A DNA stretch of 64,000 bases from assembly GCA_028534125.1 (NCBI GenBank), contig CM052817.1, positions 101,496,001 to 101,560,000 on the forward strand, in the 5' to 3' direction. A model generated the notes under the pieces. It saw only the letters and a program-made list of their open reading frames with translations. It was not told the origin of the DNA and did not search any database. The position numbers and the translations under genes are program-made. Source of the DNA: Lama glama (taxonomy: Eukaryota). Every line of letters starts with the position of its first letter. Positions within the stretch are counted from its first letter, which is position 1. Below are positions 63,011 to 64,000 of the stretch, in pieces.

Positions 63011-64000
63011 GAAGTTGTGTGTGAAATCTGACGATAAATCCACTTTCAGGACACAAGGCAGGAAGAAGACTGTCCGTAATTATTTTCCTTCCTCCTGTAG
63101 CAGCAGCCTGACTTTTCTAAGATGATTTTTGGCAGGTGAGGTCGCCTGTTTTCTTTTTCCTCTGGAATGCTGAGCCCCGGCCAGCTGGGTCTGGAGTGGG
63201 GGTGGCTGCGTGCATCTGATGCTGGCAGCTCTTTACGTCCATGGCCTCCTGTGGCAATTCAAAACATTTCTGGAGGCCACTGGGTGTGTGAGTGGCCTTT
63301 CTGTTTTGCAGGCAAGTCAGGGACTTAGTCCTGGCCTTTTGGGGTTTGAGTACATGGCAGACCTCTTATCTGCCCAAGCTGGTCACAAGTGAAGAGGTTG
63401 GCAGGAGAGGCAGACGGAGCCTGAGCTGTCACCCTTATTATTAATACAGTTAATGCTGGAGATAGAATAAAGGCGATATGGATGGAAGATAACAGAGAAA
63501 GGATGCTTAGGAAGGAGGATGGAAGAAGGGAGCTTAGAGGCAGAAGAGTGGAGGGAGGAAGAAAAGTGTACAGCCAGGATACTTCCTATGAGATGAGGAG
63601 TTTGGAATGGGGTTCTCTGGTCTCCGTACTGTTTGCACCTTCAAGAAAAATGGGAGAGGGGCTTGCTGAAGGTCACAAAGCGTCTATAGCCTGGCGGGAT
63701 TGACACTCAGATGTCTACTTGTGAACCAGCCTCTGAACTGTACTCAGCGGAGGGCTACTTTGTGGGAGGAACAGATGGAAGGACTGTTCTGGCAGACTTG
63801 CTTTGAAAGCAGTTATACAGGCTACATTTAGGAGCTTCTCCAGTCAAATGTTTTTGGAGTATGTGGCTTTTAAAATGTCACATGACAGTTGATAGTTTCT
63901 TGATAGACACACACATCCTTGTACTTTATAAATGTTATATATTTATATGTATTTCATATTTTATGTCTTTAAGTATGCTTCTGTGTTGTTATAGCTCATT

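Overview
Mammalian non-coding DNA, most likely camelid (alpaca, llama or camel), judged from nine copies of a tRNA-Ala-derived SINE resembling the camelid vic-1 family. I recognised no protein-coding exon in the 64 kb. Most L1 3' ends lie on the minus strand and the + strand looks T/G-rich by eye, which suggests a large intron of a + strand gene (inference; gene not identified). Much of the window is transposon-derived: SINEs, L1 of several ages, L2, MIR, CR1/L3, MaLR/ERV LTRs, hAT-Charlie and Tigger DNA elements. Subfamily names come from recalled consensus sequences and need RepeatMasker confirmation. The ORF track is almost entirely spurious or L1-ORF2/transposase relics. The best-supported oddities are retrotransposition scars: an L1 with a 3' transduction (54.7-55.7 kb), an mRNA 3'-end retrocopy inside a 78-bp duplication (1.2-1.7 kb), a ~90-bp twin-primed inverted L1 (16.3 kb) and a perfect 55-bp tandem duplication (38.65 kb). 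The most speculative lead is a stop-depleted, coding-like island at 7.67-8.19 kb. It bears a weak, not yet significant resemblance to filovirus/Mononegavirales nucleoprotein.
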